A model generated the notes under the pieces. The model worked only from the letters and a program-made list of their open reading frames with translations. It did not search any database and was not told the DNA's origin. This document shows, one piece after another, positions 34,496-45,634 of a stretch of 64,000 nt of DNA. The stretch's first letter is position 1; every line of letters begins with the position of its first letter. The stretch is from an uncultured Bdellovibrio sp. (lineage in GTDB: Bacteria; Bdellovibrionota; Bdellovibrionia; Bdellovibrionales; Bdellovibrionaceae). The translations under genes and the position numbers were made by a program. The stretch is from the NCBI GenBank assembly GCA_963932905.1, contig CAWVRN010000003.1:220386-284385 (forward strand). The letters run 5' to 3'.

Positions 34496-36034
34496 CTATT
34501 CCCATTCTATCGTTGACGGTGGTTTGCTAGTGATATCATACACCACGCGTGAAACACCTTTAACTTTGTTCGTGATACGACTTGAAATTTCTTTCAAATC
34601 TTTAGTTTCAAACTCAAACCAATCCGCTGTCATACCATCCGTCGCCGTGACGGCACGAATCGCTAGCACATTATCGTATGTGCGGCCATCGCCCATAACC
34701 CCAACCGTTTGCACTGGAGTCAACACACAGAAAGCCTGCCATATTTTTGGATACAATTTCTTTTCTTTTAAATAATCGATGTAAATCGCATCGGCTTCTT
34801 TTAAGACCGCTAGTTTGTCTTTCGTCACTTCACCGATCACACGAATGCACAGACCAGGACCTGGGAACGGATGACGACCAATTAATTCTTCCGTCAAACC
34901 TAGTGCCGTTCCTAACCGACGAACTTCATCTTTGAACAACATGCGAAACGGTTCCAGTAATTTGAAATTCAATTTTTCGGGCAGACCGCCTACGTTGTGA
35001 TGCGATTTAATTGTAACGGAAGATCCCGTGGTTGACACGCTTTCGATCACGTCTGGGTACAACGTCCCTTGCGCCAAGAAATGAATCGCGACTTTGTCTT
35101 GATCTAAAATACGCTTAACGGCTTTATCAAAAACTTCGATAAAGATACGGCCCACTGTTTTACGTTTTTTCTCAGGATCAGACAATCCCTTAAGACCTTC
35201 AAGAAATTCTTCAGACGCATCCACCGGATGCAAGTTCAGTCCCAGGCTTTCATAAGACTTAATTACAGTTTCAAATTCATTTTTTCGTAGCAACCCATTA
35301 TTCACAAAAACGCAGTACACGCGTTCTTTACCAAACACGCGTGTCAGCATCACAGCTAGAACGCTTGAATCCACGCCACCAGAAAGGGCACATAAGATAT
35401 TTCGACTAGGCCCAACTTCAGCACGCACGCGATCTTGAATTGATTTTAAGAAATCGTCGACTTGCCAATTTTTCTGAGCTTTTGTTTTATCGATAAAATA
35501 ATGAAGAATCTCATCACCACGTTGCGTGTGAACCACTTCCGGATGGAATTGAACGGCAAAAACAGAACCTTTTTCCATGGCGGCCGGATGATCATCGGTT
35601 TCTGCCGTGATCTGATAACCCGAAGGCACATTCACAACCACATCACCGTGACTCATCCACACCGGTTGTTCTTTAGCGCCATCTTTAAACGGCGACTTGT
35701 TCCATTTTACTGTTTTATATCCGTATTCGCGATGTTTTGCTGATTCTACTTTGCCGCCCAGATCATGACAGATCAACTGCATGCCATAACAGATCCCCAT
35801 GATCGGCGCTATATCCACCAGTTCTTTGATACTGCGATAAGGAGCACCGTCTTGATAAACGGAATGTGGCCCACCGCTAAGGATGATGCCGGCGTAGTTA
35901 CCTTTTTTAATCTCTTCAATTGGGTATGCAAAATGTCTGATCTCGCTATAGTAACCCATTTCACGCAATCTTCGCGCGATCAACTGAGTCACCTGCGATC
36001 CAAAATCTAAAATTAAAAACCCATTCGTTTGCAT
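34496..36034 (-). CDS. guaA: GMP synthase (glutamine-hydrolysing)
   Basis: LDFGSQ, GICYGMQ, QFHPEV, SGGVDS, IKSHHNVGGLP, KPPSTIEWE. Confidence 0.99.
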   Translation of the reverse strand: MQTNGFLILDFGSQVTQLIARRLREMGYYSEIRHFAYPIEEIKKGNYAGIILSGGPHSVYQDGAPYRSIKELVDIAPIMGICYGMQLICHDLGGKVESAKHREYGYKTVKWNKSPFKDGAKEQPVWMSHGDVVVNVPSGYQITAETDDHPAAMEKGSVFAVQFHPEVVHTQRGDEILHYFIDKTKAQKNWQVDDFLKSIQDRVRAEVGPSRNILCALSGGVDSSVLAVMLTRVFGKERVYCVFVNNGLLRKNEFETVIKSYESLGLNLHPVDASEEFLEGLKGLSDPEKKRKTVGRIFIEVFDKAVKRILDQDKVAIHFLAQGTLYPDVIESVSTTGSSVTIKSHHNVGGLPEKLNFKLLEPFRMLFKDEVRRLGTALGLTEELIGRHPFPGPGLCIRVIGEVTKDKLAVLKEADAIYIDYLKEKKLYPKIWQAFCVLTPVQTVGVMGDGRTYDNVLAIRAVTATDGMTADWFEFETKDLKEISSRITNKVKGVSRVVYDITSKPPSTIEWE

Positions 36035-36036
36035 TT

Positions 36037-37500
36037 CTATTCCAATCTATAGTTAGGAGCTTCTTTAGTGATACTGACGTCGTGAACGTGAGATTCGCGT
36101 AAACCTTGCGATGTGATTTGCACAAACTTGGCGCGGGCTTGCAACTCTTCGATGTTTTTTGCACCGATATAGCCCATACCCGATTTCAATCCACCCACTA
36201 ATTGATGAATAATAGCCGACGCGTTTCCTTTATACGGAACTTTGCCTTCAATACCTTCAGGTACTAATTTATCAAATTCAGATACATCAGCTTGTCCGTA
36301 ACGATCTTTTGAACCTTTTTGCATCGCTGCAAGAGAACCCATTCCACGGTACATTTTGTACGTACGGCCTTGGAATAAAATCGTCTCGCCTGGTGATTCT
36401 TCCGCACCGGCTAGCAAGTTACCGATCATGACAGTGTTCGCGCCTAATGCTAACGCTTTAGCAATATCACCCGAGAATTTAATACCACCATCTGCAATAA
36501 TTGTTTTCCCCAATTTTTTAGCAACTGCCGCGCATTCGATCACCGCAGAAATTTGCGGCATACCGACGCCCGCTACGATACGAGTAGTACAGATACTGCC
36601 GGGACCCACGCCCACTTTAACAACATCAACACCGGCCTTGATCAATGCCTCAGTAGCCTCAGCCGTTACCACATTACCCGCAACGATTGTCACATCTTTG
36701 TGAGCCGCACGAACTGACCTTACCATTTCTAAAACATTTTTCGAATGGCCATGAGCCGTATCAATACACAGGACATCTAAATGAGCTGCAATCAATGCAT
36801 CAGCACGATCACGCGCCTCAGCCCCAACACCGATAGCGGCACCCACAAACAAACGACCATGCGAATCTTTCGTTGCACCTGGGAAAGCTTGGGCTTTTTC
36901 GATATCTTTGATTGTGATTAAACCTTTCAGTTCACCTTTTTGATTTACGACAGGAACTTTTTCAATTCTGTGTTTTTGTAAAATCTTTTTCGCTTGTTCT
37001 AGTGTCGTACCTTCTTGAGTCGTCACTAGGTTTTCTTTCGTCATGATATTTTCGATTGGCTGGTCAATGTTAGTTTCAAAACGAAGATCACGATTCGTTA
37101 AAATACCAACTAACGTTTTTCCCATCGTGATCGGCACGCCGCTGATGGAATATTTAGACATCAAAGCCAGCGCCGTGCTGACTTTTTCTTTCGGACCTAG
37201 CGTGATCGGGTCTTGGATCATTCCGCTTTCGTATTTTTTTACTTTTTCTACTTCAAGAGCTTGTTTTTCGATATCCATGTTTTTGTGGATGATACCCAGT
37301 CCACCTAATTGCGCCATGATACGAGCAATTTTATTTTCCGTCACGGTATCCATAGCTGCCGAAATAATTGGCGTGTTTAAATACTTATCCCTAGCGAAAT
37401 AAGATCTTGGCGTAATCTCGGTCGGAACAATTTCCGAATACTGAGGCAGCAGCAAGATATCATCAAACGTTAAAGCATAAGGAATATTCTTATTATCCAT
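36037..37500 (-). CDS. guaB: IMP dehydrogenase
   Basis: LTFDD, SAAMDTVTE, CBS pair, GPGSICTTR, YRGMGS. Confidence 0.99.
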   Translation of the reverse strand: MDNKNIPYALTFDDILLLPQYSEIVPTEITPRSYFARDKYLNTPIISAAMDTVTENKIARIMAQLGGLGIIHKNMDIEKQALEVEKVKKYESGMIQDPITLGPKEKVSTALALMSKYSISGVPITMGKTLVGILTNRDLRFETNIDQPIENIMTKENLVTTQEGTTLEQAKKILQKHRIEKVPVVNQKGELKGLITIKDIEKAQAFPGATKDSHGRLFVGAAIGVGAEARDRADALIAAHLDVLCIDTAHGHSKNVLEMVRSVRAAHKDVTIVAGNVVTAEATEALIKAGVDVVKVGVGPGSICTTRIVAGVGMPQISAVIECAAVAKKLGKTIIADGGIKFSGDIAKALALGANTVMIGNLLAGAEESPGETILFQGRTYKMYRGMGSLAAMQKGSKDRYGQADVSEFDKLVPEGIEGKVPYKGNASAIIHQLVGGLKSGMGYIGAKNIEELQARAKFVQITSQGLRESHVHDVSITKEAPNYRLE

Positions 37501-37518
37501 GTGCGAACCCCTTTCAAG

Positions 37519-38028
37519 TTAGTACCACGTTGTGTACAAACGATAATTATCAGCTGATTGTTTTAAAAAATTTAATTCTTCAGTTTTTAATTTACGAATG
37601 GCCTTAGCTGGACGCCCCAGAACTAACCAACCTTCTTCTTCACAGCGGAAGCCTTCCGTCACTAACGAACCCGCACCGACGATGCAATTCTTTGCGATGA
37701 AACTGCCGTCCATCAAAATACTACCCATCCCAATTAAACAACGATCCGAAACTGTGGTTCCGTGCAAAACGACTTGATGACCGATCGTCACTTCGTTGCC
37801 GATAGTCGTTCCATATTTTCCAAATGTGCCGTGAATAATTGAGCCATCTTGAATGTTGGTTGAATTTCCAATTCTAATCGGCATCACATCCCCGCGAATA
37901 ACGGTTTGATACCAGACAGAACTGTTCTCGCCGATTTCAACATCGCCAATAATATTGGCGCTTTCGGCGACAAAAACACTAGTGTGAATTTTCGGTGTAA
38001 AGCCTCGAGCTGTGCGGATGAGTGACAT
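37519..38028 (-). CDS. Gamma carbonic anhydrase family protein
   Basis: Hexapeptide repeats, RGD, NIQDG..H, IGH...LHG. Confidence 0.93.
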   Translation of the reverse strand: MSLIRTARGFTPKIHTSVFVAESANIIGDVEIGENSSVWYQTVIRGDVMPIRIGNSTNIQDGSIIHGTFGKYGTTIGNEVTIGHQVVLHGTTVSDRCLIGMGSILMDGSFIAKNCIVGAGSLVTEGFRCEEEGWLVLGRPAKAIRKLKTEELNFLKQSADNYRLYTTWY

Positions 38029-38036
38029 GCCCTAGT

Positions 38037-38576
38037 CTATTGAAGATAGGTGGTGTTTTTCAATAACAATTTTTGATTTTCGATAAGATTTTTTGCAAGT
38101 GGGTCACCTTGAACATGCACCACTTTACTTTTGTGAATAAAATCTAAAGTCGCATATATTGGCACTCTAAGGGCGATGCACAAACTCATGGCTTGATCGG
38201 CATATAATTTTATAGAGCTCGCGCTCTTACTACCGGTAAAATACAAACGAACCAGCTGACGAGTGCCTTTTGTTTGCACAAAAACACATTGGCGCAGCTC
38301 TACTCCCAGGGTTGACAACATCACCGCCATAGCTCGATGAGGCTGCGCCAGCTGCATATCCGGAGCTAAATTCAGCTGAGCTAGAATTAAACTGGCTTCT
38401 ACGGGGTTTACCATCACGGGAAGGGTCAAATTCTGAGTTTTATCCTTTAGAAAAAAGAACGTGTTCCTTAAATCAGGCGCGACCGAGACACCATAAGGTA
38501 ACATATGAATTAAGTCATTCTGGTGAAAGGATTCCTCTTCCTGAGTCTCTTCGATTTGAATCCCCGGCGCCATCAT
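38037..38576 (-). CDS. Bifunctional nuclease / DUF151-like protein (start uncertain; track ORF starts at 38693, overlapping miaB)
   Basis: LKD...LPV...EA..I, PH, A..L....PIYA pattern, degenerate relative to DUF151. Confidence 0.6.
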   Translation of the reverse strand: MMAPGIQIEETQEEESFHQNDLIHMLPYGVSVAPDLRNTFFFLKDKTQNLTLPVMVNPVEASLILAQLNLAPDMQLAQPHRAMAVMLSTLGVELRQCVFVQTKGTRQLVRLYFTGSKSASSIKLYADQAMSLCIALRVPIYATLDFIHKSKVVHVQGDPLAKNLIENQKLLLKNTTYLQ

Positions 38577-38613
38577 TTTGGCCAAATCAGGAAATTCAAT
38601 TTTTAAACGTTTC

Positions 38614-40038
38614 TTAGTTGATTGATCCAACCATTTCTCCTCTAAAAACTGCTGGGTAGGCTTTGGTGATTTTAACATTGACCGTGCGGCCAATCATACC
38701 CTGTTCAGTTTCTGGTGCTTCAAAATACACCAGCTTGTTCTGACGACTGCGGCCTGAATATTTAATCATGCCTTCGCGTGGTTTGTCGTCATCGTCATGT
38801 TTCTTTTCTACTAAAATATCTAATACGCGATTTTCATAAGCACGCGCTAACTCAAAGGCCATCTTATTATGTGAATCAAATAAGCGTTGTAAACGTTCGG
38901 ATTTAACATTTTCTGGAACTTGATCTTCAAATTTAGCCGCTTTGGTGTTTGGACGAGGTGAATACATAAACGCAAATATTGTTTCATAACCCACTTCTTG
39001 AACCAAAGATAACGTATCTTCGAATTCAGCGTCGGTTTCACCTGGGAAACCACAAATGATGTCTGTGGAAAGCACTACATTCGGTATTGTTTTTTTAATC
39101 ATCGCGATTTTTTCCAGGTACTCTTCACGGGTGTAACCGCGATTCATTAGATTTAAAATACGTGAATTACCACTTTGGAAAGGCAAATGAATGTATTCGC
39201 ACACTTTATCTGGGTGTTGAGCAATCACGTCCATTAATTCTTGGTCGAAATCTTTCGGGTGCGACGTCGTAAAACGAATACGCTCGATCGGAGTCTCCAC
39301 GGCAATCGCTTTCATCAATTGCGCTAGATTTGTTCCGCATTCGCTTTCGTATGAGTTTACATTTTGTCCCAACAGCGTGATTTCCTTAACCCCGCGTTTA
39401 GCTAGCGTTTGGATATCGTTCATGATGTGCGCCTTAGGACGACTTTTTTCACGACCGCGCGTGAAAGGAACCACACAGAAAGTACAGAAATTATCGCAGC
39501 CTTTAGTGATGTTCACGAATGTTGATACACCAGGATTACGAACTAACGTTTCTACATGGTACGGTTCTCTGTGCGCAAAACCCGCTTTAATGATTTTGCT
39601 TTTTTCTTCTTTACGTTTTGATTCTTGCTCGATCAGGTTTTGTAAAATATCGGGCAATGTATCAATAGTATCTGTTCCGAAAACGAAATCGATCAAAGGT
39701 TGATTTTTAATTAGTTTTTCTTTTTCTTGCTGACCGACGCAGCCACCGATGCCAATTTTAAGTTTTGGATTTTGATCTTTTAATTTTTTATATTTACCCA
39801 CTTCTGAGTAAACTTTATGAACCGGTTTTTCACGGATTGAGCACGAATTGATGATGATAACAGAAGCCTCAAGTGGGCTATCCACCGGTGTAAAATTCGC
39901 CATTTCTAGCAAGCTGTACATGCGATCAGAATCGTTCACGTTCATCTGACAACCATAGGTTGAAATATAAACACCGCGACCGTTGCCAATATCTTGATTT
40001 TTATAAGAAAATGGTTGATTTTCGATTGTAGTTTCCAC
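38614..40038 (-). CDS. miaB: tRNA-2-methylthio-N6-dimethylallyladenosine synthase
   Basis: TYGCQMN.DS, NSCSIRE, GCDNFCTFCVVP, LLGQNVNSY, TRAM domain. Confidence 0.97.
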   Translation of the reverse strand: METTIENQPFSYKNQDIGNGRGVYISTYGCQMNVNDSDRMYSLLEMANFTPVDSPLEASVIIINSCSIREKPVHKVYSEVGKYKKLKDQNPKLKIGIGGCVGQQEKEKLIKNQPLIDFVFGTDTIDTLPDILQNLIEQESKRKEEKSKIIKAGFAHREPYHVETLVRNPGVSTFVNITKGCDNFCTFCVVPFTRGREKSRPKAHIMNDIQTLAKRGVKEITLLGQNVNSYESECGTNLAQLMKAIAVETPIERIRFTTSHPKDFDQELMDVIAQHPDKVCEYIHLPFQSGNSRILNLMNRGYTREEYLEKIAMIKKTIPNVVLSTDIICGFPGETDAEFEDTLSLVQEVGYETIFAFMYSPRPNTKAAKFEDQVPENVKSERLQRLFDSHNKMAFELARAYENRVLDILVEKKHDDDDKPREGMIKYSGRSRQNKLVYFEAPETEQGMIGRTVNVKITKAYPAVFRGEMVGSIN

Positions 40039-40141
40039 GCTTTACCGCCTACGATTGGGAAAAAAAGTCATATGGGGAAAAACCCATTGTGTCAAACGGA
40101 AGTTTCATATATAGGAAATCCTCTGAACGACCTATCTAGGA

Positions 40142-40765
40142 GTGTTTATGCAGCCTCGCCGAAGTGACTCTAAAAAATGGACCAGCCTTCCAAAAGAATA
40201 CCTAGAAAATATTCACACAGCGATCACGGCTCAGTACAAAAAAGAGCTTAAAAACGTTGAGGTCGTAGTAGAGGGTCGCGTGTACGATCGCGAAGTCCTA
40301 GTTCGCATTGGTTTTCTGCCTAACGGCCGCTTAAAACAGCATAATTTTGAATTGGCCTTTGATGTTCCTGAAGCCAAAGACCAGGTCCTTACTAAATTAA
40401 ACACATCCCTAGATTTTTTGGGCTCAGTCTTTATCGAGTTTTTTGCTAAAGACGGCTTTGAGAATTCCGAATATGAAGAAACGCTGCCCATTTTGTGGAA
40501 ACCGGTTTCGTTCAGTAAGGATGTGCTTCACTTTCAATACTCGACTGTGAACTCAAAACTTGAATCCCTAGCTGACGAATGGTTATCTAAACAAGATGAA
40601 GCTTTAGTGAATGAAAATCGCACTGAAGACAGCGGGATGGATGCCTACAATTTTGCCGAACAATATGACGCTGAAACTCTAGAAAAAATCATTGAGCTAA
40701 AAAAAACAGAGAAAGCGCTCACTGATGACAACACAACATTAGAAGGTGACCAGCACCTTCACTAA
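40142..40765 (+). CDS. Hypothetical protein
   Basis: 207-aa ORF; AGGAG RBS (start may be ATG 40148). Confidence 0.7.
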   Translation: MFMQPRRSDSKKWTSLPKEYLENIHTAITAQYKKELKNVEVVVEGRVYDREVLVRIGFLPNGRLKQHNFELAFDVPEAKDQVLTKLNTSLDFLGSVFIEFFAKDGFENSEYEETLPILWKPVSFSKDVLHFQYSTVNSKLESLADEWLSKQDEALVNENRTEDSGMDAYNFAEQYDAETLEKIIELKKTEKALTDDNTTLEGDQHLH

Positions 40766-40941
40766 AAACAAAGGAGCTTGTCATGAAACTGTTTCTCCGA
40801 AATCGACGGATGAGTTTCATGCGACATGGGACGAAGGTTTCTATTTTCATGGCGAGTGTGTGAATCTTGCAAAAGCCGATCGCAATAAAGCAGCGGCAAA
40901 ACCAGCAGCTGATCCAGCCTCTGGGCCACAAACTAAATAAT

Positions 40942-41799
40942 TTATTCTTTTTTATTGAGCGTGGTGTTGATCCAAGATCTATGGGTCTGCACCTTGATCA
41001 ACATACCGTGCGATTTGCATGATTCTTGTTTGCCTTCATCGACGGAAAAACCGTGCGTGATACCCACTAAATATAACTTACCTTTACTTTGAACAAAGGT
41101 AGGACCGCCAGAATCACCTCTGCACACACCCGACCCTTTCGACTGATCCACAAAGAAAAACGTACCCCAGTCTTCTAAGATCTTCAGACCCACCGACTTA
41201 TTTAATTTATAATCAGCTGTTGGTGACGTCGGCATAGACAAATCCAAAGTGCGTCCGTAACCTGCAGGAAAAACCAAATCGCCAACTTTAAGTTCTACAT
41301 TGTTAGGTAAAATAGAAATGGGCTCATACCCGTTTGGAATTTCGCTATTTAAACTCACAACTGCTAAATCAAAATGCCGAGATAAATCGTTTTCACCATA
41401 ATAAGGGTGCTTAATGATGAAAGTTCCAAAAGCTTTTGGCGCCGTTTCTAAATTGGCAGATGATCGCGTAAAAAAAACCTCCATAACATTAACTTTCTTG
41501 GATTGTTCATTTTTTCCAAAACAATGGGCGGCTGTTAGAATTGACTTTTTCCCAATGATCACGCCGGTGCATAAACTAAATTTAGCTGGTTTTGGATCCG
41601 TGTTTTTTTCAAGTCGAAAGGAATGAATTATCACCGTGTATTTAGCAATAGGATCGGATTCCGTGACTTCAAGGCCGCCAATAATGCCTGTCTTAGTCTC
41701 AATTTGAAGTCCCGAATTCATTTCTGAAGAAATATTTTTTTGATTACAACCGACGTTGAAAATTAGAAAAGTCCCCAAAAATAAAAAAACTGTTTTCAT
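40942..41799 (-). CDS. Secreted trypsin-like (S1) serine protease, probable lipoprotein
   Basis: IIGG, LTAAHC, DLAV, GDSGGP; ATG 41799 after a GGGGTGG RBS. Confidence 0.93.
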   Translation of the reverse strand: MKTVFLFLGTFLIFNVGCNQKNISSEMNSGLQIETKTGIIGGLEVTESDPIAKYTVIIHSFRLEKNTDPKPAKFSLCTGVIIGKKSILTAAHCFGKNEQSKKVNVMEVFFTRSSANLETAPKAFGTFIIKHPYYGENDLSRHFDLAVVSLNSEIPNGYEPISILPNNVELKVGDLVFPAGYGRTLDLSMPTSPTADYKLNKSVGLKILEDWGTFFFVDQSKGSGVCRGDSGGPTFVQSKGKLYLVGITHGFSVDEGKQESCKSHGMLIKVQTHRSWINTTLNKKE

Positions 41800-41828
41800 A
41801 CCCACCCCGATACAGAGTAAATACTTAA

Positions 41829-41842
41829 GCAAATGAAATGCC
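41829..41842 (-). promoter_or_regulatory. Sigma54 promoter of the S1 protease gene
   Basis: Minus strand CGGCATTTCATTTGC = exact GG-N10-GC, 30 nt upstream of the ATG. Confidence 0.65.
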
Positions 41843-42019
41843 GTCGGTTCAAGGGTTTAACGCAAACTCACCCGTTCCAAACCTAAATTTTCAAACGCAA
41901 AACTGTCCAAATATTTTACAGCAAGAATATTTTTCAGACCGTTAGAGTGAGCGCTCTAACTACTTGCGAGAAAAAAATATTTGTACCTTTCCAAAACAAA
42001 TTGTGACACCAATTTAACT

Positions 42020-43630
42020 ATGCAAAAAAACACAGTTCAAAAAAATTTCGTTTTCAAAAATTATTCACACGAAAATTTCAATTTAGATGAACAACAAATC
42101 AGTGACGTCGTTCTGACCCCTGACGCACTTAAGTTTTTAGAAAAACTGCACACGCAGTTCAATCCGACTCGAAAAAAACTTCTTCAAGATCGTTTTACGT
42201 TAGCAAAAAAAATCGATTCGGGTTACATCCCGACATTCCCAAACGAAACCGCCTATATCCGCAATTCAAACTGGAAAGTAGCTAGTTGCCCACCCGATTT
42301 AAGTAAACGCAAAGTGGAAATCACAGGTCCAGCAGAAGCCAAAATGATCGTGAATGCACTGAATTCTGGCGCCGATGTATTTATGGCTGACCTAGAAGAT
42401 GCTCTCTCGCCAACCTGGGAAAATATTGTTGTCGGCCATTATAGCTTGATGTTGGCTGCTGGTAAAAATTTGAATTTCAATGGCGGCAAAGGCAAATCGT
42501 ACACGTTAAACCCACAAGGTGCGACATTATTAGTACGTCCTCGTGGCTGGCATTTAGAAGAGAAAAATGTTGAATTCGCTGGTGAACCTATGAGCGCATC
42601 ACTATTTGATTTCGGCTTAAACTTCTTCTTAACAGCTAAATTAAAAATCAAACACGGATCTGGTCCCTACTACTATCTTCCTAAAATGGAATCGTATTTA
42701 GAAGCGCAGTTGTGGAATGATGTATTCGAATTCGCACAAGCTGAACTGAACATCCCAAAAGGCACAATCCGAGCTACTGTTTTGATCGAAACGTGTTTAG
42801 CTGCCTTACAGATGGACGAAATTCTGTATTCATTAAAAGACCACATGGCGGGACTAAACGCCGGACGCTGGGATTATATTTTTAGCTTCATCAAAAAATT
42901 CAAAGATAACAAGAAATTCATTTTTCCAGATCGTCAGCAAGTAACAATGAATCTGCCGTTTATGAAAGCCTATTGTGAATTATTAGTTAAAACATGCCAT
43001 CAGCGCGAAGCTCACGCAATCGGCGGCATGGCCGCCTTTATTCCGAATCGTAATGAACCAGAAGTAACCGCAAAAGCTATCGACCAAATCAAAGCAGATA
43101 AAAAACGCGAAGCGATTTTAGGTTTTGACGGCACTTGGGTGGCCCACCCTGACTTAATCGCGATTGCACGTGCTGAATTTGATTCAATCCTTGGCCAAAA
43201 CGATAATCAAAAACAAAAACAATTATCTCTGCAAATCACTCCAGATCAAATCCTAGACACTCATGTTCCTGAAGGAAAAATCACAGAAAATGGTGTACGC
43301 ACAAATATCAATGTGTCTTTATTGTATCTAGACCGCTGGTTAAGTGGCACCGGCGCGGCCGCACTTTATAATTTGATGGAAGACGCGGCCACAGCCGAGA
43401 TTTCACGAAGTGAATTATGGCAGTGGTTAAAATTTAACGTTGTTCTAGCTGATGGACGTACGTTAACAACCGACATCTACCATGCATTAAAGGAACAAGA
43501 GTTGACCAAAATTCGCGAACAATTTACGACGCTTCATTTGGATAAAGCATCTGAAATTTTAGATCAATTAGTTCTATCGAAAGAATTCAGCGAATTTTTA
43601 ACGACTCATAGCTATAAATTTTTAAACTAA
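42020..43630 (+). CDS. aceB: Malate synthase A
   Basis: VEITGP, FMADLED, RPRGWHL, GLNAGRWDYIFS, MEDAATAEISR. Confidence 0.97.
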   Translation: MQKNTVQKNFVFKNYSHENFNLDEQQISDVVLTPDALKFLEKLHTQFNPTRKKLLQDRFTLAKKIDSGYIPTFPNETAYIRNSNWKVASCPPDLSKRKVEITGPAEAKMIVNALNSGADVFMADLEDALSPTWENIVVGHYSLMLAAGKNLNFNGGKGKSYTLNPQGATLLVRPRGWHLEEKNVEFAGEPMSASLFDFGLNFFLTAKLKIKHGSGPYYYLPKMESYLEAQLWNDVFEFAQAELNIPKGTIRATVLIETCLAALQMDEILYSLKDHMAGLNAGRWDYIFSFIKKFKDNKKFIFPDRQQVTMNLPFMKAYCELLVKTCHQREAHAIGGMAAFIPNRNEPEVTAKAIDQIKADKKREAILGFDGTWVAHPDLIAIARAEFDSILGQNDNQKQKQLSLQITPDQILDTHVPEGKITENGVRTNINVSLLYLDRWLSGTGAAALYNLMEDAATAEISRSELWQWLKFNVVLADGRTLTTDIYHALKEQELTKIREQFTTLHLDKASEILDQLVLSKEFSEFLTTHSYKFLN

Positions 43631-43660
43631 AAACGTATTAACAATACACAAGGAGCTCAC

Positions 43661-44971
43661 ATGCAACCATGGGAACAACAACAAGCACAAACACTAAAAC
43701 AGTCATGGACTACAGAACCTCGTTGGAAAGGTATCACAAGAAATTACACGCCGGAGCATGTAGTTTCATTGCGCACAACTCTTCCTATCGAGCACACAAT
43801 CGCGACTCATGGTTCTAAAAAACTATGGACGTATTTAAACACTGAAGCGTATGTAAATACATTCGGTGCATTGACAGGCGCACAGGCCGTTCAAATGGTA
43901 AAAGGTGGATTAAAATCTATCTACTTATCTGGTTGGCAAGTAGCCGCTGATAACAATATGTCTGGTCAAACGTACCCTGACCAATCTTTATATCCTTCAA
44001 ATTCAGTCCCTCAAGTTGTTCAACGCATTAACAACGCATTCCAACGCGCGGATCAAATCGATCGTCAAAACACAAAAGGTCCTCAAAAAGGAACTGATTG
44101 GTATGCACCTATCGTAGCTGACGCTGAAGCGGGCTTCGGTGGCCCTTTACACGCGTTCGAATTAATGAAATCAATGATCACTGCGGGCGCATCGGGCGTT
44201 CACTTTGAAGATCAATTAGCTGCAGAAAAAAAATGCGGTCACTTGGCTGGTAAAGTTCTAGTTCCAACGTCAACTTTCGTACGCACTCTACAATCCGCTC
44301 GTCTAGCCGCTGACGTATTGAACGTGCCTTCAGTTATCATTGCTCGTACAGATGCTCAGTCAGCTAACTTGATGACATCTGATATCGATCCAGCAGATAA
44401 ACCTTTCTTGACTGGCGAACGCACTCCAGAAGGCTACTACATGATCAAAGGTGGTAACGACTACGCTATTGCAAGAAGCTTAGCCTACGCTGAATACGCG
44501 GACGTACTATGGTTCGAAACTTCGACTCCAAACTTGAAAGAAGCAGAAGCGTTTGCAAAAGCAATCCACGCAAAATACCCAGGTAAATTACTTGCGTACA
44601 ACTGCTCGCCTTCATTCAACTGGAAAAAGAACTTATCAGATGCTGATATCGCTCGCTTCCAAAAACAATTGGGCGAATGGGGATTCAAATTCCAATTCAT
44701 CACATTAGCTGGATGGCATTTAATCAATTATCATACTTTCAATTTGGCTCAAGGTTACGCAGCGACTGGAATGCCAGCCTACGTAGACTTACAAGAAAAA
44801 GAATTCGCAGCCGCACCAGAAGGATACACTGCTGTGAAACATCAACAGGAAGTGGGAACTGGATACTTTGACCAAGTATTGAATGTTATCACTGAAGGAA
44901 CAGGATCGACTTCGGCATTGAAAGGCTCGACTGAGCATGATCAATTCCAAGAAACTCACCACACACACTAG
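43661..44971 (+). CDS. aceA: Isocitrate lyase
   Basis: [45 protein letters not shown]. Confidence 0.98.
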   Translation: MQPWEQQQAQTLKQSWTTEPRWKGITRNYTPEHVVSLRTTLPIEHTIATHGSKKLWTYLNTEAYVNTFGALTGAQAVQMVKGGLKSIYLSGWQVAADNNMSGQTYPDQSLYPSNSVPQVVQRINNAFQRADQIDRQNTKGPQKGTDWYAPIVADAEAGFGGPLHAFELMKSMITAGASGVHFEDQLAAEKKCGHLAGKVLVPTSTFVRTLQSARLAADVLNVPSVIIARTDAQSANLMTSDIDPADKPFLTGERTPEGYYMIKGGNDYAIARSLAYAEYADVLWFETSTPNLKEAEAFAKAIHAKYPGKLLAYNCSPSFNWKKNLSDADIARFQKQLGEWGFKFQFITLAGWHLINYHTFNLAQGYAATGMPAYVDLQEKEFAAAPEGYTAVKHQQEVGTGYFDQVLNVITEGTGSTSALKGSTEHDQFQETHHTH

Positions 44972-45002
44972 AGATTCTAGTTTAGCGGGATTTATTTATC
45001 TC

Positions 45003-45033
45003 AAAGGCTTCCGTGAAAACGGAGGCCTTTTTT
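45003..45033 (+). terminator. Rho-independent terminator after aceA
   Basis: AAAGGCTTCCG-TGAAAA-CGGAGGCCTTT plus T run. Confidence 0.85.
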
Positions 45034-45041
45034 CTTTCTTG

Positions 45042-45485
45042 TTAATTATCGTCGTTCACTAACGATTTTCGCGAGCCAAGACTATATTGTCCTTTCTGCC
45101 TTCGACTAACCCCACTACCCGAATCATATTCAAAGTACAAAATTTTATGACCCGTGCGATTGCTGACTTTGAAATTTCTCGCAACGCCGCCGCCGAACGC
45201 TTTACATAATAGGACCAAGCGATCTCTATCGATCATCGCCGTATAACCAGCTGTAAAATCAGAGAACGAGAACACACGATATTCCCCAGTATCATTCAAT
45301 TCAGTCAGATGCAGATCCCCTGCCTTCTGCGCTCGCTTCGCTAAATTCTCGCCCAAGTCACCATCTTTGATTGCTTTTTCTATCGTCTTCAAATCTGCTT
45401 TTGGATCGATTTCATTTCCCATTGCCACCCCCAAAAATAAGAACACTATCAAACAGAACAGTTTCATAACTGCCTCCCTCGACAC
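45042..45485 (-). CDS. Small exported hypothetical protein
   Basis: Signal peptide MKLFCLIVFLFLGVAMG; GGAGG RBS before the internal ATG. Confidence 0.6.
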   Translation of the reverse strand: MSREAVMKLFCLIVFLFLGVAMGNEIDPKADLKTIEKAIKDGDLGENLAKRAQKAGDLHLTELNDTGEYRVFSFSDFTAGYTAMIDRDRLVLLCKAFGGGVARNFKVSNRTGHKILYFEYDSGSGVSRRQKGQYSLGSRKSLVNDDN

Positions 45486-45634
45486 TAGACCTTAGATTAT
45501 CGCACCTCGACTCTACCTGTCGATTCCCGTTTGTTGGCTCCTTACCAATGTAGAGTAAATTGGATCAACTATTCAGTCCTTAAGCGTCCTGCCGATCCCT
45601 ATATGTGTCTTTATAATTATAGAAAGGACTGTAT

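Noticed and set aside
40746..40940. 64-aa plus-strand ORF after the 40142 gene
   Set aside because: May be real (an AAGGAG lies nearby), but the start is ambiguous and there is no motif support.
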